A DNA stretch of 64,000 nt. Source: Sulfurospirillaceae bacterium. GTDB lineage: Bacteria; Campylobacterota; Campylobacteria; Campylobacterales; Sulfurospirillaceae. The first letter of the stretch is position 1. The number at the start of each line of letters is the position of its first letter. The notes beneath the pieces were generated by a model. It did no database searches. It had not been told where the DNA came from and was given only the letters and a program-made list of their open reading frames with translations. Where the stretch lies: positions 96,001 to 160,000 of the forward strand of contig JAWVXD010000003.1 in assembly GCA_033723415.1 (NCBI GenBank), in the 5' to 3' direction. Below, one piece after another: positions 19,522 through 29,152 of the stretch. Made by a program: the position numbers and the translations under genes.

Positions 19522-21069
19522 ATGGCTAGTTCGATAAATGATATTATCAAAGAAAGTATTGAACAACTAAGACTTGAAAATTTAAACTTAACACCTGATA
19601 ATTACTATAATGTTTTTTGCAAGGTTGCAAAGAAAAAAGGCTTAATAGTTGAAGATTGTCAAAAAATTGATAAATTTTCAAAAAAACTAGATGAAAAGAA
19701 TCAATCTGATCTTAAGAAATTTAAAGTTTCAACAATAGATGAATTGATGTCTTTTCTTATAGCAAAGATTAATCGAGCAAATGAAAATGATAGTACAAAG
19801 ATAATAAACTCTTTGGTAATACTCTCAAAAAGGGTTCTGCAAGCGACTACTCTCTTACATGACAAAGGTGCTAGAGAATTGGCCAACAGTTCTCTCTCAA
19901 GACTTGATTTTAGCCAAAATTTAAAATCTATTGATGCTATAAAAGATAAGTGGTTTGAATTTATAACAAAATATGATGATAGCTATTTAAAAGAATTGGA
20001 TGCTTTTGGAAGTATTCATAAAGATGATCTCCAAAAAATGGTCACTGATATTAGACATATTCTTCAAAAAGATGACGATAACTCTATCTACAATAATATA
20101 GCTCCACTAATTATTGCCAGCCTTATGCCTTCCATAGCATCAGGTATGAATGATGAACTTGCAGATATATCTTATACACTGAGGAATGATCCATCATCTC
20201 TTGGTACAAATGCCGTACAGCAGGATATAAAACGATTTATTAATAAAAGAATAGAACTTGATAAAGAAGAGATAAAGATTAAAATATCTGCACTTGATAC
20301 ATTATTGGACGAAATCAACAAAAGAATATTAAATCTTATCGACAGCAATGAGATCAGCAATGAGCAAGTAAAGTTAATCAAAAAAAATCTTTTGGGTATA
20401 AATTTTTCCAAAGACAGCTTCGGCTCAATTCAGGAAAAATTAGTAACAATAGCGACCTCTTTAGAGAATGAAACAAAAAATCTAAATGAAAAAATGAAAA
20501 ATAATCAAGAAACGATCAAAAAGCTTCACAGTAAAGTCAAAAATCTGGAAGGAGCCTTGATCGCTGCTAAAAAAGAGATGCAAGAAGATTTTATAACTCA
20601 TACGGCAACCAAAAGAGCCTTGGAAAATGAGCTTAGAAGAGCAGAAGACTCATATGAAAGATACAAGATAGATTATTCTCTTTGTTTTGTAGATATAGAT
20701 CATTTTAAAGTTGTGAACGATACCTATGGTCATGAAGCAGGTGATGTTATTTTGTCAAATATTGGTAGGCTGCTTAAGAAATATATCAGACAGTCTGATT
20801 TTGTAGGTAGATACGGTGGCGAAGAATTCTTGGTTATACTGCCTAGTATTGGATTAGAACAGGCTTTTCATTTTGCAAATAAAATCCGAAATATTATAGA
20901 ATCTTTTAAATTTTTATATAAAAATGAAAGAATCACTATAACAGCCAGCTTCGGCATTGCGCAAAGAAGTAGAAGCAAGACATTAAAAGAAGCTATAGAA
21001 CATGCCGATAGAATGCTTTATGAAGCAAAAAATGCCGGAAGAAATAAAGTTTTACCAAGTTTTTTATGA
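19522..21069 (+). CDS. Cytoplasmic diguanylate cyclase (coiled coil + GGDEF)
   Basis: DIDHFKVVNDTYGH, I-site RQSD, active site GGEEF; no TM segment evident. Confidence 0.9.
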   Translation: MASSINDIIKESIEQLRLENLNLTPDNYYNVFCKVAKKKGLIVEDCQKIDKFSKKLDEKNQSDLKKFKVSTIDELMSFLIAKINRANENDSTKIINSLVILSKRVLQATTLLHDKGARELANSSLSRLDFSQNLKSIDAIKDKWFEFITKYDDSYLKELDAFGSIHKDDLQKMVTDIRHILQKDDDNSIYNNIAPLIIASLMPSIASGMNDELADISYTLRNDPSSLGTNAVQQDIKRFINKRIELDKEEIKIKISALDTLLDEINKRILNLIDSNEISNEQVKLIKKNLLGINFSKDSFGSIQEKLVTIATSLENETKNLNEKMKNNQETIKKLHSKVKNLEGALIAAKKEMQEDFITHTATKRALENELRRAEDSYERYKIDYSLCFVDIDHFKVVNDTYGHEAGDVILSNIGRLLKKYIRQSDFVGRYGGEEFLVILPSIGLEQAFHFANKIRNIIESFKFLYKNERITITASFGIAQRSRSKTLKEAIEHADRMLYEAKNAGRNKVLPSFL

Positions 21070-22220
21070 GATTGATACCTTTTCTGGAGCAAAAACCGCT
21101 CTATTATGATGTTATAGACTATAGTAGAATGCCAAAAGCATATGAGTGCATAAAACAGTATATAAAACTTCCAAAGATCATACATGTTGTAGGAACTAAC
21201 GGTAAAGGTAGTACGGGAAGATTTTTGGCAAATATTTTGTTAAATAAGGGTATTTCGGTAGGGCATTATACTTCACCTCATATTTTCAAATTCAATGAAC
21301 GAATATGGGTAAATGGCAAAAATATAGATGATAAAACTTTAGAAGATGCTCACATTAAACTACAAAAAATCTTGCCTGAAAATTTTATTGAAACATTGTC
21401 TTATTTTGAGTATACGACTTTTTTGGCAATGTTGGTATTTTCCGATGAGTGTGAATATGTAGTCTTAGAAGCAGGACTTGGAGGAGAACATGATGCTACC
21501 AATGTTTTCCCGAAAATACTTAGTATTGTTACTCCCATAGGATATGATCATCAATCTTTTTTAGGTAATAGCATCGAAGAAATAGCTACTACAAAGTTAA
21601 ACAGTATAACTAAAGAAGCGGTAATTTCAAGGCAATATGAAGAAATAGTTTATGATTATGCCAAAAAAATAGCCACTGAAAAATCTGCAAAGTTATACTT
21701 TGTTGAAAATATTTTGTTAGAATACGAGAGCGAGATGATTGCAACATATGTAAAAGACAATAATTTGCCCGGTTTTCAAAAGATCAACCTGCAAACCGCA
21801 TATTGTGCCGCCAAAATATTAGGTTTTGATGATAATATTGATATTGCAAATCTTGGTATGATGGAAGGCAGGTGTCAAAAGGTAGCTAAAAATGTCACTA
21901 TTGACGTAGGACACAATAAGATGGCTGCACTTGCTATGGTAAAGTATTTCAATAATAAAAAAGTAAATTTGGTGTACAATAGCTTTAAAGATAAAGAGTT
22001 TAAAGACATTTTGCACATATTATTTCCTATAGTCAAGAGAGTGGAATTGTTATATATGGAAAATCCTCGCAAAATGGCAACTGAAGAGATCATAAAAATT
22101 TGTAAAGATGCAAATGTTGATATCACTGATTTTAAAAATATTAAAGATGATGAAGAATACTTGGTATTTGGGTCTTTTGTTGTTGTAGAAAAATTTATGA
22201 AAGGATTGCGTGAAAGATAA
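21066..22220 (+). CDS. folC: Dihydrofolate/folylpolyglutamate synthase
   Basis: HVVGTNGKGST, YTSPH, EAGLGGEHDATN and DVGHN motifs. Confidence 0.93.
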   Translation: MRLIPFLEQKPLYYDVIDYSRMPKAYECIKQYIKLPKIIHVVGTNGKGSTGRFLANILLNKGISVGHYTSPHIFKFNERIWVNGKNIDDKTLEDAHIKLQKILPENFIETLSYFEYTTFLAMLVFSDECEYVVLEAGLGGEHDATNVFPKILSIVTPIGYDHQSFLGNSIEEIATTKLNSITKEAVISRQYEEIVYDYAKKIATEKSAKLYFVENILLEYESEMIATYVKDNNLPGFQKINLQTAYCAAKILGFDDNIDIANLGMMEGRCQKVAKNVTIDVGHNKMAALAMVKYFNNKKVNLVYNSFKDKEFKDILHILFPIVKRVELLYMENPRKMATEEIIKICKDANVDITDFKNIKDDEEYLVFGSFVVVEKFMKGLRER

Positions 22221-23127
22221 ATTTACTATAACAATTTCGGACATAAATGGATCCAAACATTATGAATTGCATCAAAAGACAAAAAAAATAATTGTGTATT
22301 TCTTTTTATTTGTAACATTGATGATGATTGCTGGGTCATGCTATATATATTTCCTCTCTCATGAGGTTATCTCTCTTGAGGGTAAAAAACATATTATTGT
22401 TCAGGAATATTCAAAACTTGAACAAAATAATCAAAAGTTGCAAGATGAGATTTCAAAAAAGACACAAGAATATGGTGAAATAAAAGATAAAATAAACGAT
22501 ATAGAAGAGTTAGTGGGTTTGACTCCAAACAAAAAAGAAAAAATCAGCGATAGATTAGATAATTTAACATTTACCACAAAACAGCAACAGATTATTTTTC
22601 AAAATATACCGAGTGGCTATCCAATTCCATTCAAAGGTATCACTGCAAAATTTGGCTGGAGAATTCATCCAATTTTACATACCAAAGAATTCCATAAAGG
22701 AATAGATCTGAAGGCAGCAATGGGTACTCCGATTCATGCGCCTGCTGATGGAGTTGTTGAATATGCAGGTTTTCATAAGAGCAGCGGTTTTGGAAATCTG
22801 GTTATGATAGATCACAATTTTGGTTTTAAGACAATATATGGACATTTACGTAAAAAAATGGTTGTAAAAGCAGGAGAATTTGTAAAAAAAGGGCAGATTA
22901 TTGGATATACTGGAGATAGTGGATTATCGACAGGACCTCACTTGCATTATGAAGTGAGATTTATCTCAAGACCGTTAAACCCTTATAATTTTTTAGTTTG
23001 GAATAACAGTGATTTTAAAAATATATTTAAAAAGGAGGCAAGAGTATCATGGGAATCCTTAATAAACATGATCAACCAGAAGTTTCATCTTCAGAAACTA
23101 CAACTATCTCGAGTGGCGCAAAAGTAG
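22210..23127 (+). CDS. M23 peptidoglycan endopeptidase (Csd1-like cell-shape protein)
   Basis: N-terminal TM and coiled coil, then HKGID and GPHLHYEV motifs. Confidence 0.9.
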   Translation: MKDKFTITISDINGSKHYELHQKTKKIIVYFFLFVTLMMIAGSCYIYFLSHEVISLEGKKHIIVQEYSKLEQNNQKLQDEISKKTQEYGEIKDKINDIEELVGLTPNKKEKISDRLDNLTFTTKQQQIIFQNIPSGYPIPFKGITAKFGWRIHPILHTKEFHKGIDLKAAMGTPIHAPADGVVEYAGFHKSSGFGNLVMIDHNFGFKTIYGHLRKKMVVKAGEFVKKGQIIGYTGDSGLSTGPHLHYEVRFISRPLNPYNFLVWNNSDFKNIFKKEARVSWESLINMINQKFHLQKLQLSRVAQK

Positions 23128-23504
23128 AAGGTACATTCGATTGTAATTCTAGATTGCACATAGACGGAGAGATCAGAGGTGAGGTAATATCAAAAAGTGT
23201 TGTTACCATAGGTAAAACCGGTAAGTTCTTTGGCAAAATGCAAGCCAATAGGCTTATATTAAACGGTTTTTTAAATGGAGATGTTGACTGTGAAAGTGCT
23301 GAATTACTAAGTGGATCTGTTTTTGAGGGAAAAATTACTTCAAGGGAACTAATCATAGAAGCAAAAGTTCATTTCTTCGCTGAAAGTGTTATGAAAAAAG
23401 ATAAAGAAGATAAAGAAGAAAAATTATTAGAATTAGACGAACCATTGCAAATCGATATTTTTGAAGAAAGGAAAGTAGACACTGATACAAGCGACTTGTT
23501 ATGA
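23049..23504 (+). CDS. Bactofilin (CcmA-like polymer-forming cytoskeletal protein)
   Basis: Beta-helix pattern TTISSGAKVEG...LHIDGEIRG; overlaps the M23 gene as in csd1-ccmA loci. Confidence 0.88.
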   Translation: MGILNKHDQPEVSSSETTTISSGAKVEGTFDCNSRLHIDGEIRGEVISKSVVTIGKTGKFFGKMQANRLILNGFLNGDVDCESAELLSGSVFEGKITSRELIIEAKVHFFAESVMKKDKEDKEEKLLELDEPLQIDIFEERKVDTDTSDLL

Positions 23505-26466
23505 ATATTTCATAAACACGAATGACGGAACTTCCCTTCTTTGCGTAAAAGATGATAAAGAGGCTGATCTTGCTGCCCAAGCACTTAGACTAGCTGGCAA
23601 AAAGACATATGTCTTGCCTGATATGAGGATTAGCTTCGGTGATGATCTGCTTCCTTTTTCATCAGAGATCAAAGAATTATTAAATGTACTAAATCATTAC
23701 TATAAAGATAAATCAACAAAAAAAATAATAATAGCTCCTATTAGAACTATCCTGACACCGTTGCCGGATGAGCAGTTGCTTCAAACAAAAGTTATTGAAT
23801 TTGCATCAAAGATAAATATAGAGCAATTCAAAAATGAACTTTTTCATTGGGGATACAGGATTGCCGATGTTGTTGAAGAAGCAGGTGAAGTATCATTTCG
23901 AGGAGATATTATAGATCTATTTCCTCCAAATTTTGAAAAACCTATCAGAATTTCTCTCTTTGATGATGAAGTTGAAAGTATAAGAATATTTGAGTGTGAA
24001 ACTCAAAAAAGTGAAAAAGAAGAACTGGAAAAAATAGAAATATTCCCATCCCTTTTTGCATTAGATGAAGAGAAGTACCAACTGATAAATAAAAAGATAG
24101 AAACTATAGACAGTGACAGTTTTGAAAAAGATATCCACTCTTTAGGTTTTTGGGCAATCGAAGATTATAGTCATGATTATTTGGAGATGTTTAACATAAA
24201 ATTTGCACATGATCTAAAAAGCGAGATCGAAGAGATTTCTCTTTTTGACAAAACTATTGAAGAGAGATTATCCAAAATTCCAACATTGCCTGAGCCAAAA
24301 ATATACAGACCAATAGAGATGTCTTCTGTATCTAATTTCCTAGAGTTTCATAAAAATAAAAAGAAAACAATATTAGCGAGAAGTGAAGTATTATTAAAAC
24401 ATGCAGGACTTGAGCTCTCTAGTGTCAGATTTAAAGAGAGTCCGCTCATAGTCAATATCATGAGTGACGATGAGATAATCATATCTTTAAATAAAAAAAC
24501 AAAAACAAAAAGAGTCCGAAAGACAAATATATTACTTGATGAGCTAAAAATAGGCGATTATATCGTCCATGAAAACTATGGTATCGGTATCTTTAAAGGT
24601 TTGAAAAACCGCACCGTTTTGGGAGCCACCCGAGATTTTGTAGAGATAGCTTATCAGGGAGAAGATAAACTCCTTCTTCCTGTTGAAAATTTAGATACTA
24701 TAGATAGATATATAGCAAGCAGCGGCACCTTGGCAGTAGTAGATAAATTAGGTAAGGGTAGTTTTCAAAAACTAAAAGCCAAAACAAAAGAGAAACTTTT
24801 TGCCATAGCAAAAGAGATAATCGAAACAGCGGCAAAGCGAGAGATGATAGATGCTCTTAGAATAGATACGTCCAAAGTTGAGATCAATAAATTTCAAGAA
24901 GATTCAGGGTTTGTTTACACAAAAGACCAGAAAACCTGTATAGAAGAGATATACGGTGATCTTCAAAGCGGCAAGATCATGGATCGTTTACTTAGCGGTG
25001 ATGTTGGTTTTGGTAAGACTGAAGTAGCAATGAACGCAATGTTTGCAACAGCCATGAGTGGCTTTCAGGCGATTTTAATCGCTCCTACCACACTTCTTTC
25101 TTCTCAGCATTTTGTTAGTCTGAATGAGCGATTTAAAAGATATGGGATTAGAGTTGAAAAATTAGACAGATTTACGCCTACAAATCAAAAAAATGCGATC
25201 ATAAAAGATTTAAAAGAGGGTAAATTATTAATTTGCGTTGGAACACATACTCTTCTTGATAAACAGCTCCATAATCCGGCTCTTATAGTTATAGATGAAG
25301 AACATAAATTTGGTGTTAGTCAAAAAGAAAAACTAAAAAATATGAGAGAAAATATACATATCCTATCCATGAGTGCAACTCCTATACCTAGAAGCCTTAA
25401 TATGGCTCTTAGCTCGATCAAACAATATTCAAAGCTTTTAACACCGCCGGCTGATAGGGAAGATGTGAGGACCTTCGTGAAAGAGTATGAAGGTAAAGTC
25501 ATTAAAGAGGCGATTTTGAGGGAGATAAGACGAGGCGGGCAGATATTTTTTGTTCATAATCGAATCTCATCTATAGAAGAAAAAAAGAAAGAACTATTGA
25601 AGCTTATTCCAAATCTTAAGATTTTGATTTTGCATTCAAAAGTTTCACCTGCCGTAAGTGAAAAAGAGATGTTGCGGTTTCAAGAGGGTGAATATGATCT
25701 TCTACTAAGTACATCTATTATAGAATCAGGTATACATATACCAAATGTCAATACTATCATGATAGATGCAGCGGATAACTTTGGTATGGCAGATCTACAT
25801 CAGCTTAGAGGAAGGGTAGGGAGATCAAAAAGACAAGGATATTGTTATTTCTTAGTAAAAGACAAAGAAAAATTAAGTGATGATTCAAGAAAGAGATTGG
25901 TTTCGCTAGAGTCAAATTCATATCTTGGAAGCGGCTCGGTTTTGGCTTATCATGACCTTGAGATCAGGGGTGGAGGAAACTTGGTAGGAGAGGCACAAAG
26001 CGGACATATAAAAAATATCGGTTATTCTTTGTACCTGAAAATGCTTGAAGATGCGATCAATTCTCTTTTAAATAAAACTACTACGGAAGATAGAGATATA
26101 GATATAAAATTAAGCGTCAATGCTTATATCAACAGCGATTATATTAGTGAAGACAGAGTAAGGTTGGAGCTTTATAGAAGACTTAGTAAATGTGAAAGCA
26201 TCAGTGATATATATGATATCGAAGAAGAAATGGTGGATAGGTTTGGTAAAATCGATATAATAACAAAACAGTTCATCGATGTCATAACTATAAAGATATT
26301 AGCATCAATAAGCGGTATCAAATATATATCAAATTATGATCAAAATATTACTATAAAAGATAAACTTGATCAAAAAATATTGATAAAATCAAGAAGTAAA
26401 GATGATGATGATATCTTGGATACAGTGCTTAAATATTTAAGAAAAGGATTGGTCAAACATGATTGA
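23482..26466 (+). CDS. mfd: Transcription-repair coupling factor (probable CTG start)
   Basis: CarD/TRCF domains with GDVGFGKT, DEEH, MSATPIPR and QLRGRVGR. The frame stays open 44 codons upstream of the tracked TTG, back to CTG 23482. Confidence 0.93.
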   Translation: MIQATCYEYFINTNDGTSLLCVKDDKEADLAAQALRLAGKKTYVLPDMRISFGDDLLPFSSEIKELLNVLNHYYKDKSTKKIIIAPIRTILTPLPDEQLLQTKVIEFASKINIEQFKNELFHWGYRIADVVEEAGEVSFRGDIIDLFPPNFEKPIRISLFDDEVESIRIFECETQKSEKEELEKIEIFPSLFALDEEKYQLINKKIETIDSDSFEKDIHSLGFWAIEDYSHDYLEMFNIKFAHDLKSEIEEISLFDKTIEERLSKIPTLPEPKIYRPIEMSSVSNFLEFHKNKKKTILARSEVLLKHAGLELSSVRFKESPLIVNIMSDDEIIISLNKKTKTKRVRKTNILLDELKIGDYIVHENYGIGIFKGLKNRTVLGATRDFVEIAYQGEDKLLLPVENLDTIDRYIASSGTLAVVDKLGKGSFQKLKAKTKEKLFAIAKEIIETAAKREMIDALRIDTSKVEINKFQEDSGFVYTKDQKTCIEEIYGDLQSGKIMDRLLSGDVGFGKTEVAMNAMFATAMSGFQAILIAPTTLLSSQHFVSLNERFKRYGIRVEKLDRFTPTNQKNAIIKDLKEGKLLICVGTHTLLDKQLHNPALIVIDEEHKFGVSQKEKLKNMRENIHILSMSATPIPRSLNMALSSIKQYSKLLTPPADREDVRTFVKEYEGKVIKEAILREIRRGGQIFFVHNRISSIEEKKKELLKLIPNLKILILHSKVSPAVSEKEMLRFQEGEYDLLLSTSIIESGIHIPNVNTIMIDAADNFGMADLHQLRGRVGRSKRQGYCYFLVKDKEKLSDDSRKRLVSLESNSYLGSGSVLAYHDLEIRGGGNLVGEAQSGHIKNIGYSLYLKMLEDAINSLLNKTTTEDRDIDIKLSVNAYINSDYISEDRVRLELYRRLSKCESISDIYDIEEEMVDRFGKIDIITKQFIDVITIKILASISGIKYISNYDQNITIKDKLDQKILIKSRSKDDDDILDTVLKYLRKGLVKHD

Positions 26467-27220
26467 TTGGACAAATAATTATGCTGCCATTTGGCGCCAT
26501 AGAAAAAATGAGCTTAAAGCCATAGTTGATCTAGACCCCATATCTTTACAAGATCTAGTTGGTATGGACGCACAAAAAGATCAGATCCTAAAAAACACGG
26601 AAGCATTTATTTTGGGTGAACCTGCTAACAATGTCCTACTTTGGGGAGCTAGAGGAACTGGTAAATCTTCATTGGTCAAAGCTGTGTTTAATCATTATAA
26701 AAAAGATGGACTCAGGATTATAGAGTTCTCAAAGGAAGATCTCAAAAGTTTGCCTGAGATCATAGACGACATAAGAGACCTGCCGTATAAATTTATAATA
26801 TTTTGTGATGATCTCTCTTTTGAGAGCGGTGATAACAGTTATACTGGATTGAAACCTATACTGGAAGGCTCTATCGAGCTTCCTCCTAAAAATACACTCA
26901 TTTATGCAACGTCAAACAGAAGGCATCTAATCAAAGAGCTTCATGAAGACAATGAAGGTGTAAAAGTGACACATGACGAGATACATTATGGCGACAGTGT
27001 GGAAGAAAAAATCTCTCTTTCAGATAGATTTGGTTTGTGGATCTCTTTTTATCAAGGCAATTTAGAACAGTATTTGGAGATCGTAGATTCATACTTCAAA
27101 AGCTTTAAAGGGGACAAAGAGGAGTTGCATAAGCAAGCTAAAATATTTGCAACCTACAGAGCTTCAAGAAGCGGCAGAACAGCAAAACAATTTTATAATT
27201 ATTTTTCGAGATTGATATGA
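26459..27220 (+). CDS. DUF815-family AAA+ ATPase
   Basis: LLWGARGTGKSS, FCDDLSF, YATSNRRHL and SLSDRFGL motifs. Confidence 0.88.
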   Translation: MIDWTNNYAAIWRHRKNELKAIVDLDPISLQDLVGMDAQKDQILKNTEAFILGEPANNVLLWGARGTGKSSLVKAVFNHYKKDGLRIIEFSKEDLKSLPEIIDDIRDLPYKFIIFCDDLSFESGDNSYTGLKPILEGSIELPPKNTLIYATSNRRHLIKELHEDNEGVKVTHDEIHYGDSVEEKISLSDRFGLWISFYQGNLEQYLEIVDSYFKSFKGDKEELHKQAKIFATYRASRSGRTAKQFYNYFSRLI

Positions 27221-27882
27221 CAAATAGTTTTGAATTACTGGAGCTTCTAAAAAAAGCAGGATATCTAAAATCTCAAAGAGATAGACTTTGGTGGCCCAAT
27301 AGCGGAACTTTTGAAGTCGTAGTAGGTGCGATTTTGACACAACAGACAAAATGGGAAAAAGTTGAAAAAAGTCTAGAAAATCTGAAAGTTGCTGATGTTT
27401 TAAGTCTGGAAGCTTTGGCAAATATTGATGGGCGTGAATTATCTGTTTTAATCAAACCAAGCGGTTTTTATAATACAAAGGCAAAAAATATTTTAAATCT
27501 GTGTAAAAACATGTATAATGAATATAAGACTTTTGAAGATTTCACTAATAATGTGCAAAGAGATTGGTTGTTGTCTCAAAAAGGCGTAGGAGAGGAGAGT
27601 GCCGATTCTATTCTTTGTTATGGATGTATGAGGGATGAATTTGTAGTAGATAGTTACACGGCAAGATTGCTTGATGCTTTTGGATTTGGGTTTGAGAGTT
27701 ACGGAGATTTAAAAGAGTGGATGATAGAGGGGATAGTGTCAAATATACAAAAAGTATATGAATTATATGCAAGTGAACCTCCTTTGTATGAAATTTATGC
27801 GAGATTTCATGGTAAAATTGTAGAATATTGTAAAGAGAACAGTAAAGGTAAAATAATCCAGATAGAAGGACTAAAAAGTTGA
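27217..27882 (+). CDS. HhH-GPD DNA glycosylase (3-methyladenine glycosylase / endonuclease III-like)
   Basis: WWP..GTFEVVVGAILTQQT, PSGFYNTKA, KGVGEESAD and VVDSY motifs. Confidence 0.85.
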   Translation: MTNSFELLELLKKAGYLKSQRDRLWWPNSGTFEVVVGAILTQQTKWEKVEKSLENLKVADVLSLEALANIDGRELSVLIKPSGFYNTKAKNILNLCKNMYNEYKTFEDFTNNVQRDWLLSQKGVGEESADSILCYGCMRDEFVVDSYTARLLDAFGFGFESYGDLKEWMIEGIVSNIQKVYELYASEPPLYEIYARFHGKIVEYCKENSKGKIIQIEGLKS

Positions 27883-27889
27883 GGATATT

Positions 27890-28888
27890 ATGGATATTTC
27901 AAAAAGTGAAGCACTTAAAAATATAACTGTAAAGCAGAAAAATCCAAAATCTGAAACAAAAAACATTGCTAAACATGTAGCTGAAAAAGCAACTTCTCCA
28001 ACAGAGAAAGAGATAAAAAACTTCTCCGTTAAAACTCTTTTAGATTCTTTATTTAAAGATTTAAGTTCCGGTACAAAATCCAAAAGTGAAGTCTTAAGCA
28101 CTTTAAAACAATTAGACATATCATTAAATATAAAAGATACAGTTGCTGATCTAAAAGCATTGATACAGTTAATAAAATCTGATGAATCAATACTAAAATC
28201 AGATATAAAATTGGATGAAATGTTACTTGATATCAAAAATCTGACTTCTGATAATTTACGAGCACATATAGAAAAATCAGGTGTTTTTTTTGAGTCTAAG
28301 TTAGCAGAGATAAGCTTTCATGAGAAAATAAACAATATTGATCTACCGGCTCTAGTGCGACTAAAAGATGAAGTTTTTAGTGACGTTAAATCCGTACTTT
28401 TAACGATACAAGATAAATTAAATAATACTAATAAGCCAGAGGCAAAAGAGGCTTTGGTTCATGTAGACAAAATTCTTACAAATATATATTATTATCAATT
28501 ACTCTCATTTAGCGCAAATGTAAATATATCATATCTTCCTTTGCTTTGGACAGAATTAGAAGACGGTAGAATCCAGCTCAAAAAATTGAAACAAAGTAAA
28601 TATTTTTGTGAGATAAATCTCAAGCTGAAAAGATATGGCAAAATTGATCTTTTACTTATGTTATCTGATGATAAATATGTAGATATATCATTTTTTGCGG
28701 AAGATGAAAATCTACTACAACTATTAAATCAAAATATTCAGGCGTTACAAAATGGTATATCTAAAATAGGACTTATCTCATTAAACATGTATATCTTTGA
28801 TTATTTGAAAGGTGACAAGGCCAAAAAAGATACAAAAGCATTTGCAGACTCTTTACAGACGGGTGAGGGGATTAACATACATGTCTGA
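27890..28888 (+). CDS. FliK-like (flagellar hook-length control C-terminal domain) protein
   Basis: SGVFFESKL motif and C-terminal YFCEINLKLKRYGKIDL; adjacent to a FlhB-cytoplasmic-domain gene. Confidence 0.55.
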   Translation: MDISKSEALKNITVKQKNPKSETKNIAKHVAEKATSPTEKEIKNFSVKTLLDSLFKDLSSGTKSKSEVLSTLKQLDISLNIKDTVADLKALIQLIKSDESILKSDIKLDEMLLDIKNLTSDNLRAHIEKSGVFFESKLAEISFHEKINNIDLPALVRLKDEVFSDVKSVLLTIQDKLNNTNKPEAKEALVHVDKILTNIYYYQLLSFSANVNISYLPLLWTELEDGRIQLKKLKQSKYFCEINLKLKRYGKIDLLLMLSDDKYVDISFFAEDENLLQLLNQNIQALQNGISKIGLISLNMYIFDYLKGDKAKKDTKAFADSLQTGEGINIHV

Positions 28889-29147
28889 GAAAATCAAAAA
28901 AGCAGTCGTTCTAAAATATAATGAAGGAAAAGAAGCTGCTCCAAAAGTCACGGCAAAAGGAAGAGGAGAAGTTGCTAAAAATATCATCAAGATAGCAGAA
29001 GAGTACAATCTACCTATAAAAAAAGATGAGGATCTGGTAGAGCTTTTAAGCAAGGTGGAGATAGACAAGGAAATCCCGGAGAATCTTTACAAGGCAGTTG
29101 CTGAAGTATTTAGTTTCTTATACAAGATCACAAATAAAAACCAGTAG
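28881..29147 (+). CDS. Stand-alone FlhB C-terminal-domain protein (EscU/YscU/HrcU family)
   Basis: KAVVLKY...APKVTAKGRG...EIPENLYKAVAEV. Start ATG 28881. Confidence 0.88.
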   Translation: MSEKIKKAVVLKYNEGKEAAPKVTAKGRGEVAKNIIKIAEEYNLPIKKDEDLVELLSKVEIDKEIPENLYKAVAEVFSFLYKITNKNQ

Positions 29148-29152
29148 AGTTT

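Noticed and set aside
23482..23613. mfd as a 5'-truncated pseudogene
   Set aside because: The reading frame is open and Mfd-like up to CTG 23482, with an RBS.
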